This document shows, piece after piece, positions 10,201-19,376 of a stretch of DNA of 64,000 bases. The stretch lies in contig CAYLXA010000010.1 in the NCBI GenBank assembly GCA_964387845.1, positions 1 to 64,000 of the forward strand, in the 5' to 3' direction. Position numbers and translations under genes: made by a program. The notes below the pieces were generated by a model. That model made no database searches, was not told the DNA's origin, and saw only the letters and a list, made by a program, of their open reading frames with translations. This DNA is from an uncultured bacterium. Its GTDB lineage: Bacteria > Omnitrophota > Omnitrophia > Omnitrophales > Abzuiibacteriaceae. The stretch's first letter is position 1. Each line of letters starts with the position of its first letter.

Positions 10201-11878
10201 CGCGGAAAAACTGAAGCGGCGTCCAATCTTCATGCCCGGTTTCATTTTTGACAACCAAGCGATAACAATAAACACCGGGCTCAATCATGACTCTTTTCAT
10301 ATTATGCCCCGACCATACCGCTTCATTCGGCGGCGGCCCGAGACCATATCCGGTCCATATTTTTTCACCAACAACGTTATAAATATCAATGTGCCACGCG
10401 TTAATCATGTTTGAATAGTTCGTATCAATCTTAAAAACCGGCTCCTGTTCCAACATGCCTTGCCCGATCTTTAAAATTGGGGGATCCATTCGAACTTGAA
10501 GAAGCGGATTGCGAAAATCGGTGCCTTGCGTGATGACAACAGCGAGTTCCTTTTGATACCGCTCGGCCACTTTTGATTCGGGCAGTTTTACCGCAAAATC
10601 TACTTTTTGCATCAGGCCTTCGGTTATTTTGACGAGATAAGCTTCTTCGGTGATAAATTTGGTGCCTTGCGGGAGTGTGTGACCATCGATTTTAATGACA
10701 TGCCTGCCCGGCGAAACGCCGGGAATATGATACTTGCCGTCTTTGTCGGTCAAAATCACAATACCGTCTTCGGTTGCCAAGCGAACTTTTGAAATCCCAA
10801 ATTCACCCGCATCCTGAACGCCGTTTTCATTCCGGTCGTCGAATACTTTTCCGATAATCGTTCCTTCGTCAAAAAATGGGTCAGCAATAATATCAATCGG
10901 AATACTGCGGGTTTGCGACAGCGCACCTCTTTCATCCGTGCCCACTGTGCGCGCATATAGCGTAATTGTATAACGATGCCCTACCGATGCACCCGGAGAA
11001 GCCGCCGCTAGAAAAGAAAGTTGCTTGCTTTGACCTACATCTAAATTACCAAGCGTATAAACGCGTGTAAAATCCAGATTTTCCGGAGATGGGATCGTGC
11101 TGTCCAGCCGGGCTGAGTTATCAATCAGGTTTAATCCATTTGGAACCGTCATGATAAGTTCGAGATTATTTTGAGTGATGGCAGATATATTCATTGAATC
11201 AACAGTTACAAATGCCGCGCCTCCCTTCGGAATTCGATTCTTGTTGATATATACGCCTAGATCAATCGGAAAACCATTAATGGTGAGATTGATCAAATCA
11301 AAATCAACCACGCTGGCGCCGCCGCCGCCTTGCTCAGCGCCTTGGATTCTTAAAGTGACTACCACATAAGAAGTTTCTGCGGGAGCTCGATAACTTGTTG
11401 TCAGGTTCGAAAAAGTACCGCTGACAGTTCCGGGATTGGTTGCTGTACAAGCAGAACTAAACGTACTAGCGGTGCCAGTTCCCGCGATGGAGCATCCGAG
11501 CCGAGTATCATTTGCTCTATAAAATTCGATCACGATTTGACCTTCATCATCAGCGTCGTCACGAACGGTTTGGCGAATCATGGCTGATAGCGCAATCAAA
11601 TCGCCGGGGCGGACCTCGGATAAACTTCTTTGAAACGTAAATGTGAATTCAGCTCCGCCCGTGGCTGCTTCGGATAATTGGAGGTAACGAGCACCGCCCG
11701 GAGCATCTGCTGCCGTAATAATTGAAATACCTCGGTTTGCCGTATTATCCCAATTTCCTGACCCGCCGATACCGCTTTCAAAACTGGGGTTTCCGATATC
11801 ATTGGCAAGAACGGCCGGAGCAATAAAAAACTGTGCCGCAATAAACAAAATTGAAAATTTGATCTTTATGCTGCTCAT
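7214..11878 (-). CDS. Very large outer-membrane protein (1554 aa). It has a signal peptide, Cna-B/SdrD-B-like and DUF11-like extracellular repeats, and a C-terminal Y/G/F-rich beta-barrel ending in Phe.
   Basis: N-terminal signal peptide. Motif GKVFDDRNENGVQDAGE...DGKYHIPGVSPGRH typical of Cna B-type domains. The C-terminal ~900 aa have an alternating aromatic/Gly pattern and a terminal ...RVSGKF. Confidence 0.55.
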   Translation of the reverse strand: MSSIKIKFSILFIAAQFFIAPAVLANDIGNPSFESGIGGSGNWDNTANRGISIITAADAPGGARYLQLSEAATGGAEFTFTFQRSLSEVRPGDLIALSAMIRQTVRDDADDEGQIVIEFYRANDTRLGCSIAGTGTASTFSSACTATNPGTVSGTFSNLTTSYRAPAETSYVVVTLRIQGAEQGGGGASVVDFDLINLTINGFPIDLGVYINKNRIPKGGAAFVTVDSMNISAITQNNLELIMTVPNGLNLIDNSARLDSTIPSPENLDFTRVYTLGNLDVGQSKQLSFLAAASPGASVGHRYTITLYARTVGTDERGALSQTRSIPIDIIADPFFDEGTIIGKVFDDRNENGVQDAGEFGISKVRLATEDGIVILTDKDGKYHIPGVSPGRHVIKIDGHTLPQGTKFITEEAYLVKITEGLMQKVDFAVKLPESKVAERYQKELAVVITQGTDFRNPLLQVRMDPPILKIGQGMLEQEPVFKIDTNYSNMINAWHIDIYNVVGEKIWTGYGLGPPPNEAVWSGHNMKRVMIEPGVYCYRLVVKNETGHEDWTPLQFFRAVSKLDSSSEFASVEIPATGFSNILRDGKRSIPLTAKPTLMIRGQTLPGRYLEVNDQRITVKPDGIFETELFTEPGKQSVFVKSIDSEGKAVTYQEEVDVKDTAFFMVALGEEEIGGNIFKGNLETVGRDQKFHHSFYQDGKFSYYLKGKIKGKFLVTSHYNTSRDPRQQLFTNLDPEHYYPVYGDDSEINYEARDTQERLYLLVEMNRSFLKWGSFETEFNDTELSTYSRTLSGLKVHHEVLATTPNGDSKRGVTVFAAKANQLADHNEFVGTGGSLYYLRNRNVVEGSEKIRIEIRDQIHGAALSSKDLIVGTDYEIDYPNGRIILRKPLSSVAFSDSILSNSVLDGSQVYLIVDYEFESQDLFGDQPAGVRGYTYLGNFIKVGGTALREQRQDREYDLRGVDTTIHVGKNTRVTAEYAHSKDPQVRNAVSYNGGITFKNITTGDKEIAKENRLLDGAWLVKAESKPFESTDISAYAKKFEKGFSNATLVSQKGDRGAGFELAQKFGKYLRAKYRADYLENRFVTNEPELFTQSVQGTFDYEKYLAVLEYRKEQFNGARGGSLGFEPIFDEQQFENGFGAKLGYRLDNQWMPYLKGQVTSAGSEPNNRYGGGIEAAIEGKGTVHAEVLAGNLGDSARIGFQTQPKDGASIYSHIESAPKNGGIGRSVNTTIGSSQQVNDNSRIYSERQISTYRTGDKVGNVVGYNTDLSEKWNLDISGERSRVHDFKEITEIKDNVDVQDGILNVERTAMALQLGYHGHERLRLSHRIEGRLDRGNIRRYQWLTANELDWKISQDYRFKAKLNQSVSTQTGDAGNQDGSFTELNAGVSYRPVHHNRLNIISRYTWMRDFGPAGQFQNLDFNGVQIDETSQILGLEGIYDFSRWFSLAQKFGYKFGNIRSGASGEWINSRIFLTVTRFNFHVTRKWDIAAEYRIRFDYDLLSTVHDGILLEIDREIIEYIRFGIGYNFTDFDDDLRNSNSYRNHGFFTRVSGKF

Positions 11879-11880
11879 GA

Positions 11881-13608
11881 CTAAAACCGCCTATAGGAAA
11901 ATGCCACACCGAAGCGCAAGTCCCGGCCGGGCGTGTTGGTCGGTGTATTGGCGCTGTAACGGATTGCACTGGGAACTCCGATATATTCAACAAACAGCTT
12001 GGTCTTAAATAACCATTCGTTCTCGGAAAATTGATAACTTCTGAAAGGCATGAGCCGCAAACCGGCGGCTGTCAAAAAATAATTTTGATAAAATAAAGGA
12101 TGGTTGGGATTATTGACATGCTCAAAACGCAAATACGGCATAAACGTGAGTTCATTATTGACCGGATTTTCCGGAAGCGGAATGGACGGCCATTTAACGC
12201 CTAGTGTGAACGAGCTATTTAAAATCCAGGATTGATAATGTGGAATCGAAGAAAAATCGGTTTTCTGCCAGCGGTAATTTCCAAAATATTCACCCCAAAC
12301 ATAATTGTACAAAAAATTGGCAAAAGTCTTGGTTTCCGGTTTTGTGCCCAACGGCGGAAGTGCATGGCCCCATTCGTAGAAAATATCAACTCCAGCCCAA
12401 AGATCAGTGTCTTTACTGCCCAAAATTTCATCTTTTAAGTTCTCACGATATAGATATTGAACATACAGACGATAACTGCGTATGAAATCAATAAGCGGAA
12501 TACCCACAGGGCGGAAATTCTGAAGCGCAGCGCTCCGAAGAAACGGATACCAGCCCACGCCTCCGACTAATTTCATATTGGATTTGAAATCAATGCCGTT
12601 TGACTCCATAGCAGGCGTCACTTCAACGTACGGATCAAACGAGGTGCCAAAAGGCCCCCTGAGGCCTTTGATGACAAACCGGTTGGACCAGAAACCGGTT
12701 TGGGCATTGTATTCGTCTGCCTCAAGGTTCGTGGTCTTAAAAGTGGTTTCGCCGAAAGACTGCCATAAAAGCTTTTCTCCGGCCGGCGAGGGTGCGCTCA
12801 GCACGCCGAACGGCCTTTCGCCGATATCGAGCCAATCCATGACTTTGATGGCGATTTCCTCTTCGCGCGCAAAATCGGCTTTCATTTCTTCATCAGAAAG
12901 TGCCTTCGGTTCCTCCGGTGCATATTCATAAATCAACTCAAGAGCGCGGTCAAAATTGCCGCCGGAAGCTTCAATTTCGGTTTTTGCCGCAATAATACTT
13001 GCCTGGGCAAGTTCCGATGTGGAAAAAGATTGATTTCCGACCCAATAAAACGTTTCTTTGCTGCCATCTTTTTTTGTTAATGAAAGTGCTTTGATAGGCA
13101 CTGACAAATACTGCGTTGATTTTGAATTTTTCTTAATATAGGGCTCGATATCTTTGGAAAACCGGATATTCTGAAGCGGGTATGATTCAACCGTGGTACT
13201 GTCAAATCCCGTAATGACTGCGAATTTAGAATCCCAATCAGCACGGTTATCATTAATCACTAAAAAACCGCCGGGTTCACGGGTATCGTAAGCAAGCTTC
13301 ATTTTTGGAGCCAAAAAGAAACGGTCTCTGAAAATATAATCAGGCCCGGTTTCTTGCGCTTGATCAACAGGTTGCAACTGAGATACTTGAAGCGCTGGTT
13401 CAGATTTAGCAGCGGGAGCAGGTTTTGGGGGCTTGGGTTCTTGAACTGGCTTTACAATCGTTTTTTGCGCGTATTCAGCATCTGAAATCGGTTTTACATC
13501 GGCGAAAAGCGGAAAAGAAATAAGGAAGGCGAGGAAGCAAAAGAAGATTGGCGCAGCCGCTTTTTGCCCCAGTTTCGGAATTCTAATTGAAAATATCCGA
13601 GTGATCAC
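11881..13608 (-). CDS. Putative outer-membrane protein (575 aa), start/stop-overlapped (ATGA) with the 1554-aa gene
   Basis: Signal peptide, Pro/Lys-rich linker, C-terminal ...VAFSYRRF beta-barrel signature. 4-nt overlap with the downstream gene. Confidence 0.5.
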   Translation of the reverse strand: MITRIFSIRIPKLGQKAAAPIFFCFLAFLISFPLFADVKPISDAEYAQKTIVKPVQEPKPPKPAPAAKSEPALQVSQLQPVDQAQETGPDYIFRDRFFLAPKMKLAYDTREPGGFLVINDNRADWDSKFAVITGFDSTTVESYPLQNIRFSKDIEPYIKKNSKSTQYLSVPIKALSLTKKDGSKETFYWVGNQSFSTSELAQASIIAAKTEIEASGGNFDRALELIYEYAPEEPKALSDEEMKADFAREEEIAIKVMDWLDIGERPFGVLSAPSPAGEKLLWQSFGETTFKTTNLEADEYNAQTGFWSNRFVIKGLRGPFGTSFDPYVEVTPAMESNGIDFKSNMKLVGGVGWYPFLRSAALQNFRPVGIPLIDFIRSYRLYVQYLYRENLKDEILGSKDTDLWAGVDIFYEWGHALPPLGTKPETKTFANFLYNYVWGEYFGNYRWQKTDFSSIPHYQSWILNSSFTLGVKWPSIPLPENPVNNELTFMPYLRFEHVNNPNHPLFYQNYFLTAAGLRLMPFRSYQFSENEWLFKTKLFVEYIGVPSAIRYSANTPTNTPGRDLRFGVAFSYRRF

Positions 13609-13689
13609 AAAGTTAAGTAATCGAGTTAGCTGCCGGCTTTGTTGATATTTTACAAATTCATCTCAATATAGACTGTTATAAAAATAAAA

Positions 13690-14493
13690 TTAATCAAGCC
13701 CCAAGACTTGCTGCATAGTATAAAAACCGTTTTTCTTTTTCATCAAAAACTTTGCTGCCAAGAGAGCGCCGCGGGCAAAGGCCTCGCGCGAAGAAGCCCG
13801 GTGCGTGAGCTCCACCCGTTCTCCGTCAGCTAAAAATGAAACGGTATGGTCGCCGACCACATCGCCGCCTCGAATGGCATGAATTCCGATCGAACCTTTT
13901 TTCCGTGCGCCGGTGATTCCCTTGCGGCCATAGACTGCATTTGAATCCAATTGAATTTTGCGCCCTGCCGCAACTTCACGTGCAAGTTCCAAAGCTGTTC
14001 CGCTAGGCGCGTCCTTTTTGTGCTTGTGGTGCGCTTCCGTGATTTCCACATCATATTCATCCGAAAGAGTCGAGCCGACCAAGCGCGCAAGGCGGAATAA
14101 AAGATTCACGCCCAAACTCATATTAGGCGCTTGCACAATCGCTATTTTTTTTGCTGCTTCACGGACTTTACGAATCATATCCGGCGCTAAACCGGTTGTG
14201 CCGATCACCATCCGCCGCCGGTGCTCCACGGCAATTTTCAAATGCTGCAAAGTCGCAGCCGGCTGCGTAAAATCAATCAGTACGTCACCTGATTCAATAC
14301 ATTCACGAAGATCCGGATGGACAGGCACATGAATTGCCCTGCCGCCGGCCAATTCACCGACGTCTTTGCCCAAAAACGGATTGTCGGGACGTTCGAATGC
14401 GCCCGCAATCTTGATCTGAGAATCCTGCTGCGCCAGACTTAAAATGGTTTTACCCATCCGCCCGAGCGCGCCGGCTACGATAATTTTTGTCAT
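13690..14493 (-). CDS. dapB: 4-hydroxy-tetrahydrodipicolinate reductase
   Basis: N-terminal Rossmann GALGRMG and a characteristic DapB C-terminal domain. Sits in a dap cluster. Confidence 0.9.
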   Translation of the reverse strand: MTKIIVAGALGRMGKTILSLAQQDSQIKIAGAFERPDNPFLGKDVGELAGGRAIHVPVHPDLRECIESGDVLIDFTQPAATLQHLKIAVEHRRRMVIGTTGLAPDMIRKVREAAKKIAIVQAPNMSLGVNLLFRLARLVGSTLSDEYDVEITEAHHKHKKDAPSGTALELAREVAAGRKIQLDSNAVYGRKGITGARKKGSIGIHAIRGGDVVGDHTVSFLADGERVELTHRASSREAFARGALLAAKFLMKKKNGFYTMQQVLGLD

Positions 14494-14505
14494 GCTTATA
14501 CCTGT

Positions 14506-15390
14506 TTACAGCAAACGAGTTTGTTTTAACGCCGCTTTTAAAATTTTTTCGTTCTCCGGTCTCATCGCGCAAAGCGGAAGGCGCATTTCGTTGGATATCA
14601 ACTTCATCAAATGCAATGCGGTTTTTACCGGAATCGGGTTCGTTTCCACAAAAAGCGCTTTCGAAAGCGGGAGCAGCTCATAGTGGACGTCTTGCGCTTT
14701 CTTGAAATTTCCTTTCAGCGCCGCATGTACCAAAGCGCTGGCCCTCTTGGGATCCACATTCGCCGTTACCGAAATAACGCCGCGTGCACCAACCGATATC
14801 ATCGGAAGCGTCAGCGAATCGTCTCCGGATACAACGGAAATGTTGCTGAGTGAAATAATCTGGCTGACTTGCTCCAGGCTGCCGCTTGCTTCTTTTACGC
14901 CGACAAATGCCGGGATTTTACTCAATCTGGCAATCGTCTCAGGGGCAATGGACACACCCGTCCGTCCCGGTACGTTATAGATAACAATAGGAATATCGAC
15001 TTTTCGGGCCAGAAATTCATAATGCCGGAACAGCCCTTCCTGTGTCGGTTTATTGTAATAAGGCGTCACGACTAAAACACCGTCGGCACCCGCACGTTTG
15101 GCGTGCGCCACCAGGTCAACCGCTTCTTCGGTTGCATTGGAACCGGCACCGCAAAGCACCGGAACGCGGCCGTTGACATATTCAATCGTGAAACTAATGA
15201 CGTCACGATGTTCGGCATGCGACATGGTCGCGGATTCGCCGGTCGTGCCACACGGCACAATCACGTCCGTTCCGTTCTTGATCTGACGGTCGATCAGCTT
15301 GCCGAGGGTTTTTTCATCCACCCTGCCGTTTCGAAACGGCGTGACAAGCGCAACCATCGAACCTTTAAAATTTTGACGAGTAAATGTCAT
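14506..15390 (-). CDS. dapA: 4-hydroxy-tetrahydrodipicolinate synthase
   Basis: DapA/NAL family, 294 aa. GTTGES and Schiff-base lysine region (FVGVKEASG). Confidence 0.9.
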   Translation of the reverse strand: MTFTRQNFKGSMVALVTPFRNGRVDEKTLGKLIDRQIKNGTDVIVPCGTTGESATMSHAEHRDVISFTIEYVNGRVPVLCGAGSNATEEAVDLVAHAKRAGADGVLVVTPYYNKPTQEGLFRHYEFLARKVDIPIVIYNVPGRTGVSIAPETIARLSKIPAFVGVKEASGSLEQVSQIISLSNISVVSGDDSLTLPMISVGARGVISVTANVDPKRASALVHAALKGNFKKAQDVHYELLPLSKALFVETNPIPVKTALHLMKLISNEMRLPLCAMRPENEKILKAALKQTRLL

Positions 15391-15399
15391 GTTGAAACC

Positions 15400-16203
15400 T
15401 TAAATCAGCAATTTCCCTTCATAAACAAATTTTGCATCACCTTCGAGATAAACATTTCTTACAAAGCCGTCCGTACGGTCAAAATAAATTTTCAACACAC
15501 CGCCTTTGGTTTCAACTTCGACCGGCGCTGAAACACGGTTGGTCAATACAGCCACAATCGCGGCTGCTACGGAACCGGTTCCGCACGCAAGCGTTTCTTC
15601 TTCAACACCGCGTTCGTAAGTCCGGATTTGAAGCCGGTTTTCACCCGTCACACTCACGAAATTCACGTTGGTTCCGGCCGGCTTGAAATGATCGTGATAC
15701 CGGATCGCGCGCCCCAGCTCAAAAACGGGAACAGCTTCAAGTCCTTCTGCAAAAATCACAACATGCGGGACGCCGGTATTGATAAATGCCGAATGAACTT
15801 CGCGGCCGCCGACGCTGAACCGGACATCGGGCCGAAAATCTTTCGGCTGTGCCATTAAAACTTTTGCCGCAACGCCGTTGACTTCGACATTGATATCGCC
15901 GGCCAATGTTTCGAAAGTGACTTTCTTCGGTGCTTTCAAAATTTGATTGGCGAAAAGCCCCGCCAAGCGATAACCGTTTCCGCAAGCTTCTGCTTCCGAG
16001 CCGTCAGAATTAATCACGCGCAGAAAATAATCCGCCTTTTTGGACGGCTCCAGCAACAAAACGCCGTCGGCGCCGACCGATGTGTGCGCCGGGCACACTT
16101 TTTTCGCGAACGATTTCGGATCGCGGATTAACTGGTTGCGGTTATCGATCAGGATAAAATCATTTCCGGATGCGACCATTTTATGAAAAGTAACGGAATT
16201 CAT
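15400..16203 (-). CDS. dapF: Diaminopimelate epimerase
   Basis: FHKM(V)ASGNDFILID N-terminus, two catalytic Cys (CGNG and ACGTGSVAAA). Confidence 0.9.
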   Translation of the reverse strand: MNSVTFHKMVASGNDFILIDNRNQLIRDPKSFAKKVCPAHTSVGADGVLLLEPSKKADYFLRVINSDGSEAEACGNGYRLAGLFANQILKAPKKVTFETLAGDINVEVNGVAAKVLMAQPKDFRPDVRFSVGGREVHSAFINTGVPHVVIFAEGLEAVPVFELGRAIRYHDHFKPAGTNVNFVSVTGENRLQIRTYERGVEEETLACGTGSVAAAIVAVLTNRVSAPVEVETKGGVLKIYFDRTDGFVRNVYLEGDAKFVYEGKLLI

Positions 16204-16215
16204 ATTTTTCTGCGC

Positions 16216-16551
16216 TTATTTGAGCGCCATTAAATTTTTCCAATCATTATCTGTTAAAATCTTTGCAAACTTCACATGCACGGCGTAAGTCTTATCGAAC
16301 CTTTTTTTGGCATTAAAATCTTCTTTGCAATCAACCACCGAACCTTCGATGACAATCGGTCCGCCAAGTATGTCGATTTCAATTTTAATTTCCTGGTTTT
16401 CCTGAAAAAAAACAGGGGCAATAATTTTCGCCCCGCCCAAACTCACATCGCTGATCAAGCACAGGGCATCCGTATTGGCTACAAAACCGACGGTTGAAAC
16501 TTTGGCTGTAATGTCGGTCTCAAATCGCTTGTGTTTTCTCCTGTCCAGCAT
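16216..16551 (-). CDS. PilZ-domain protein (c-di-GMP receptor family)
   Basis: RxxxR...(D/N)xSxGG pattern (RRKHKRF ... DVSLGGAKI). Confidence 0.55.
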   Translation of the reverse strand: MLDRRKHKRFETDITAKVSTVGFVANTDALCLISDVSLGGAKIIAPVFFQENQEIKIEIDILGGPIVIEGSVVDCKEDFNAKKRFDKTYAVHVKFAKILTDNDWKNLMALK

Positions 16552-16702
16552 CTGGTGCCTCCAAACCTTTTAAAATGCCCGGATAAAGTGTCTGCAGCTT
16601 TACTTTATGGTTATAAATTGGAGATTGATAATTTTACACGAAATGAGAGTAAAGCGGGTGAACTTTTTAAGCTGATCTATCAGATAAAATTAGGGGAAAA
16701 AT

Positions 16703-17962
16703 CTACCGCAGGAATAAAGGAACCCGGCTTCCGCGCGCCAAATCAGGAAAGGTTTCGCGCTTCCGGATTATCTCAAAACGGCTGCCTTTAACCATCACTT
16801 CCGCTACCCGGGGCCGGGCATTATATTGAGAAGACATTGTAAAGCCATAAGCGCCGGCGCCCAAAAATGCCAACACATCATCACTCGTCAGTTCCTGGAT
16901 TTTACGGTTGGTAGCTAAAAAATCGCCGCTCTCACACACGGGGCCGACCACATCATACGTGATTTTCCGGGCACTTGGCCTTTTCTGGAGCGGACAGACT
17001 TCGTGATAAGCTTCATAAAGCGCGGGGCGGATCAAATCATTCATGCCGCCGTCAATGATCGCAAAATTTTTGGTCTTCGCGCGCTTAATATAAAGAACTT
17101 TCGTCACAAAAACACCCGCATTTCCCACAATAAACCGGCCGGGTTCGAAAATTAGTTTGTATTTTTTCTTGGGAAAAAGCGGAAGAATTTTTTTTGCAAA
17201 TTCTGCCGCGGTTTGCGGTTTCTCATTTGAATAAATAATTCCGAGTCCACCGCCCAAGTTGAGGTATTCGATTTTACAGCCGGAATCTTCCAGATTGGCG
17301 ATGAAAATCAAAAGTTTTCGGAGCGCTTTGACAAACGGCTCGCCTTTTGTGATTTGAGAACCGATGTGAGAATGAATGCCGTCAATCGCAAGATTCGGAT
17401 ATCGCTCCGCCCGAACAAAAATCCGCCGCGCGGTCTCGAGATCGATTCCGAATTTTGAATCCGTCTTCCCGGTTGCAATGTAATCGTGCGTGTGCGGATC
17501 AACGCCGGGATTAACACGCAGCGAAACACTTACTTTCCGATTTAATTTTTTCGCAATTTTCTGAATCGTGGCAAGCTCCGGCTCCGATTCGACATTGAAC
17601 AGCAAAATACCGGCCCGGATCGCAGCTTCGATTTCGCGCTCCGTTTTTCCGACACCGGCGTACACGATGCGTTTCGGCGGACAACCGGCTTTGCGTGCCA
17701 AATAAAGTTCGCCTTCCGATACAATATCAACGCCCGCGCCTTTTTGGATGAGCGCCTTTAAAACCGCGAGGCTGGAATTTGCCTTCATGGCAAAACAAAT
17801 CAAGGGTTTTACGGTTTTGAACGCACGTTCGAGTTTGAGGTAATGCTCGGTCAGCGTTTTATAGCTGTAGAGATAAAACGGCGTCCCGACCTTTTCGGCG
17901 ATATCGCGAACCCGGACATTTTCGCAGTAAAATTCGTTGTTACGGTATGTGAAATCATGCAT
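16703..17962 (-). CDS. lysA: Diaminopimelate decarboxylase
   Basis: PLP fold-III decarboxylase. CFAMKAN lysine motif, GGGLGI, CESGD. Confidence 0.9.
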   Translation of the reverse strand: MHDFTYRNNEFYCENVRVRDIAEKVGTPFYLYSYKTLTEHYLKLERAFKTVKPLICFAMKANSSLAVLKALIQKGAGVDIVSEGELYLARKAGCPPKRIVYAGVGKTEREIEAAIRAGILLFNVESEPELATIQKIAKKLNRKVSVSLRVNPGVDPHTHDYIATGKTDSKFGIDLETARRIFVRAERYPNLAIDGIHSHIGSQITKGEPFVKALRKLLIFIANLEDSGCKIEYLNLGGGLGIIYSNEKPQTAAEFAKKILPLFPKKKYKLIFEPGRFIVGNAGVFVTKVLYIKRAKTKNFAIIDGGMNDLIRPALYEAYHEVCPLQKRPSARKITYDVVGPVCESGDFLATNRKIQELTSDDVLAFLGAGAYGFTMSSQYNARPRVAEVMVKGSRFEIIRKRETFPDLARGSRVPLFLR

Positions 17963-19376
17963 GGTGATGCTGGGCTTTTTTAATTCTGGCCAGCTCCGGT
18001 TTTAAATTTTTCTTCCAACGGTTTAATTCGCTCTTCACCAGCGTCGGGTTCGGGCTTCCGTAGGTTTTTTTGTTAGCCACGGAAGTCTTCGCGTCAAAAA
18101 GATCAAAAACATCTTTTTTGAATTTCGGTGAAAATTTTTGATAAATTTTGAAATGAAGCCCGCTTAAACTCGTGTTTGAATCAATCGCATATTGCACAAG
18201 CTGGCCGACAATATCATGCGCATCACGGAATGCAACTTTCTGCCGGACCAAATATTCCAAAACATCGGTCGCATACAAAAAACTATCCTTCACGGCCTTC
18301 GCGCAAACATCCTGATTAATTTTGAGTGTTGATAAAACACCCGCCAACACTCCCAAAGATCCTTCCGCAATCCGGATGGAATCAAAAAGCGGCTTTTTAT
18401 CTTCCTGCATGTCGCGGTTATACGTCATCGGAAGCCCTTTCATCATCATTGAAACGGTGACAAAGTTTCCGCACGCAGCGGCGGCTTTGCCCCGAATCAG
18501 CTCCAGCATGTCCGGATTTTTCTTATGCGGCATGAGGCTGGAGCCCGTTGAAAACTCGTCCGAAAGCGTGACAAACCCGAATTCCGTTGTGGCCCATAAA
18601 ATCAAATCCTCAGAAAGCCGCGACAGGTGCGTCATCAAAACTGAAATCGCAGACAGCATTTCCAAAATATAATCCCGGTCGCTCACCGCATCCATGCTGT
18701 TGGAAGCCGGCTTTTTAAATCCGAGCAAACGAGCTGCAAACACTCGATCCAGCGGAAGGCTGCTTCCTGCGATCGCGCCTGAACCCAACGGGCTTTCATT
18801 CAACCGGTTTCGCAAATCTTCGAATCTGGATTTATCCCGCGCGAGCATATGAACGTAAGCAAGTAAATGATGCGGAATCGAAACTACCTGCGCTCGTTGC
18901 AAGTGCGTGTAGCCCGGAATCAAGGTCTTATCGTTTTTCTCGGCAAGCACAACCAGCGCCTGCTGCAGCTCAACGATTTTTTCGATCACATCGAGCGCTT
19001 TTTCTTTCGTATAAATTCTCGACGAAGTCGCCACCAAGTCATTCCGGGATCTTCCCGTGTGCAATTTTTTAGCCAGCGGGCCGATTTTTTTTGCAAGCGA
19101 GTCCTGAATGAGCGTATGCACATCTTCGACTTCGGCGCACATTTCGGGTGTCAGCGATTTGCGTTTAAATTCTGCCAAGACTTTCCAAAGCCCGCCTACG
19201 ATTTTTTTCGCATCCTGCTTCGAAATCAGGCCGATCTCGCCTAGCATCAGCGCGTGCGCCATGCTGACTTTGATGTCAGCGCCCAAAAGCTCGTGATCGA
19301 CTTCAAGCGAGTATGAAAACTGCTTTGCGGTTTCGTGAAGTTCTTTTTTGAACCGTCCGCCCCACAATTTTTTCAT
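17955..19376 (-). CDS. argH: Argininosuccinate lyase. The start is probably the internal MKKLWGGRF. The ORF-track N-extension overlaps argG.
   Basis: Fumarase/aspartase family signature GSSLMPHKKNPD. ATGA-type overlap with the argG stop. Confidence 0.9.
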   Translation of the reverse strand: MKKLWGGRFKKELHETAKQFSYSLEVDHELLGADIKVSMAHALMLGEIGLISKQDAKKIVGGLWKVLAEFKRKSLTPEMCAEVEDVHTLIQDSLAKKIGPLAKKLHTGRSRNDLVATSSRIYTKEKALDVIEKIVELQQALVVLAEKNDKTLIPGYTHLQRAQVVSIPHHLLAYVHMLARDKSRFEDLRNRLNESPLGSGAIAGSSLPLDRVFAARLLGFKKPASNSMDAVSDRDYILEMLSAISVLMTHLSRLSEDLILWATTEFGFVTLSDEFSTGSSLMPHKKNPDMLELIRGKAAAACGNFVTVSMMMKGLPMTYNRDMQEDKKPLFDSIRIAEGSLGVLAGVLSTLKINQDVCAKAVKDSFLYATDVLEYLVRQKVAFRDAHDIVGQLVQYAIDSNTSLSGLHFKIYQKFSPKFKKDVFDLFDAKTSVANKKTYGSPNPTLVKSELNRWKKNLKPELARIKKAQHHHA

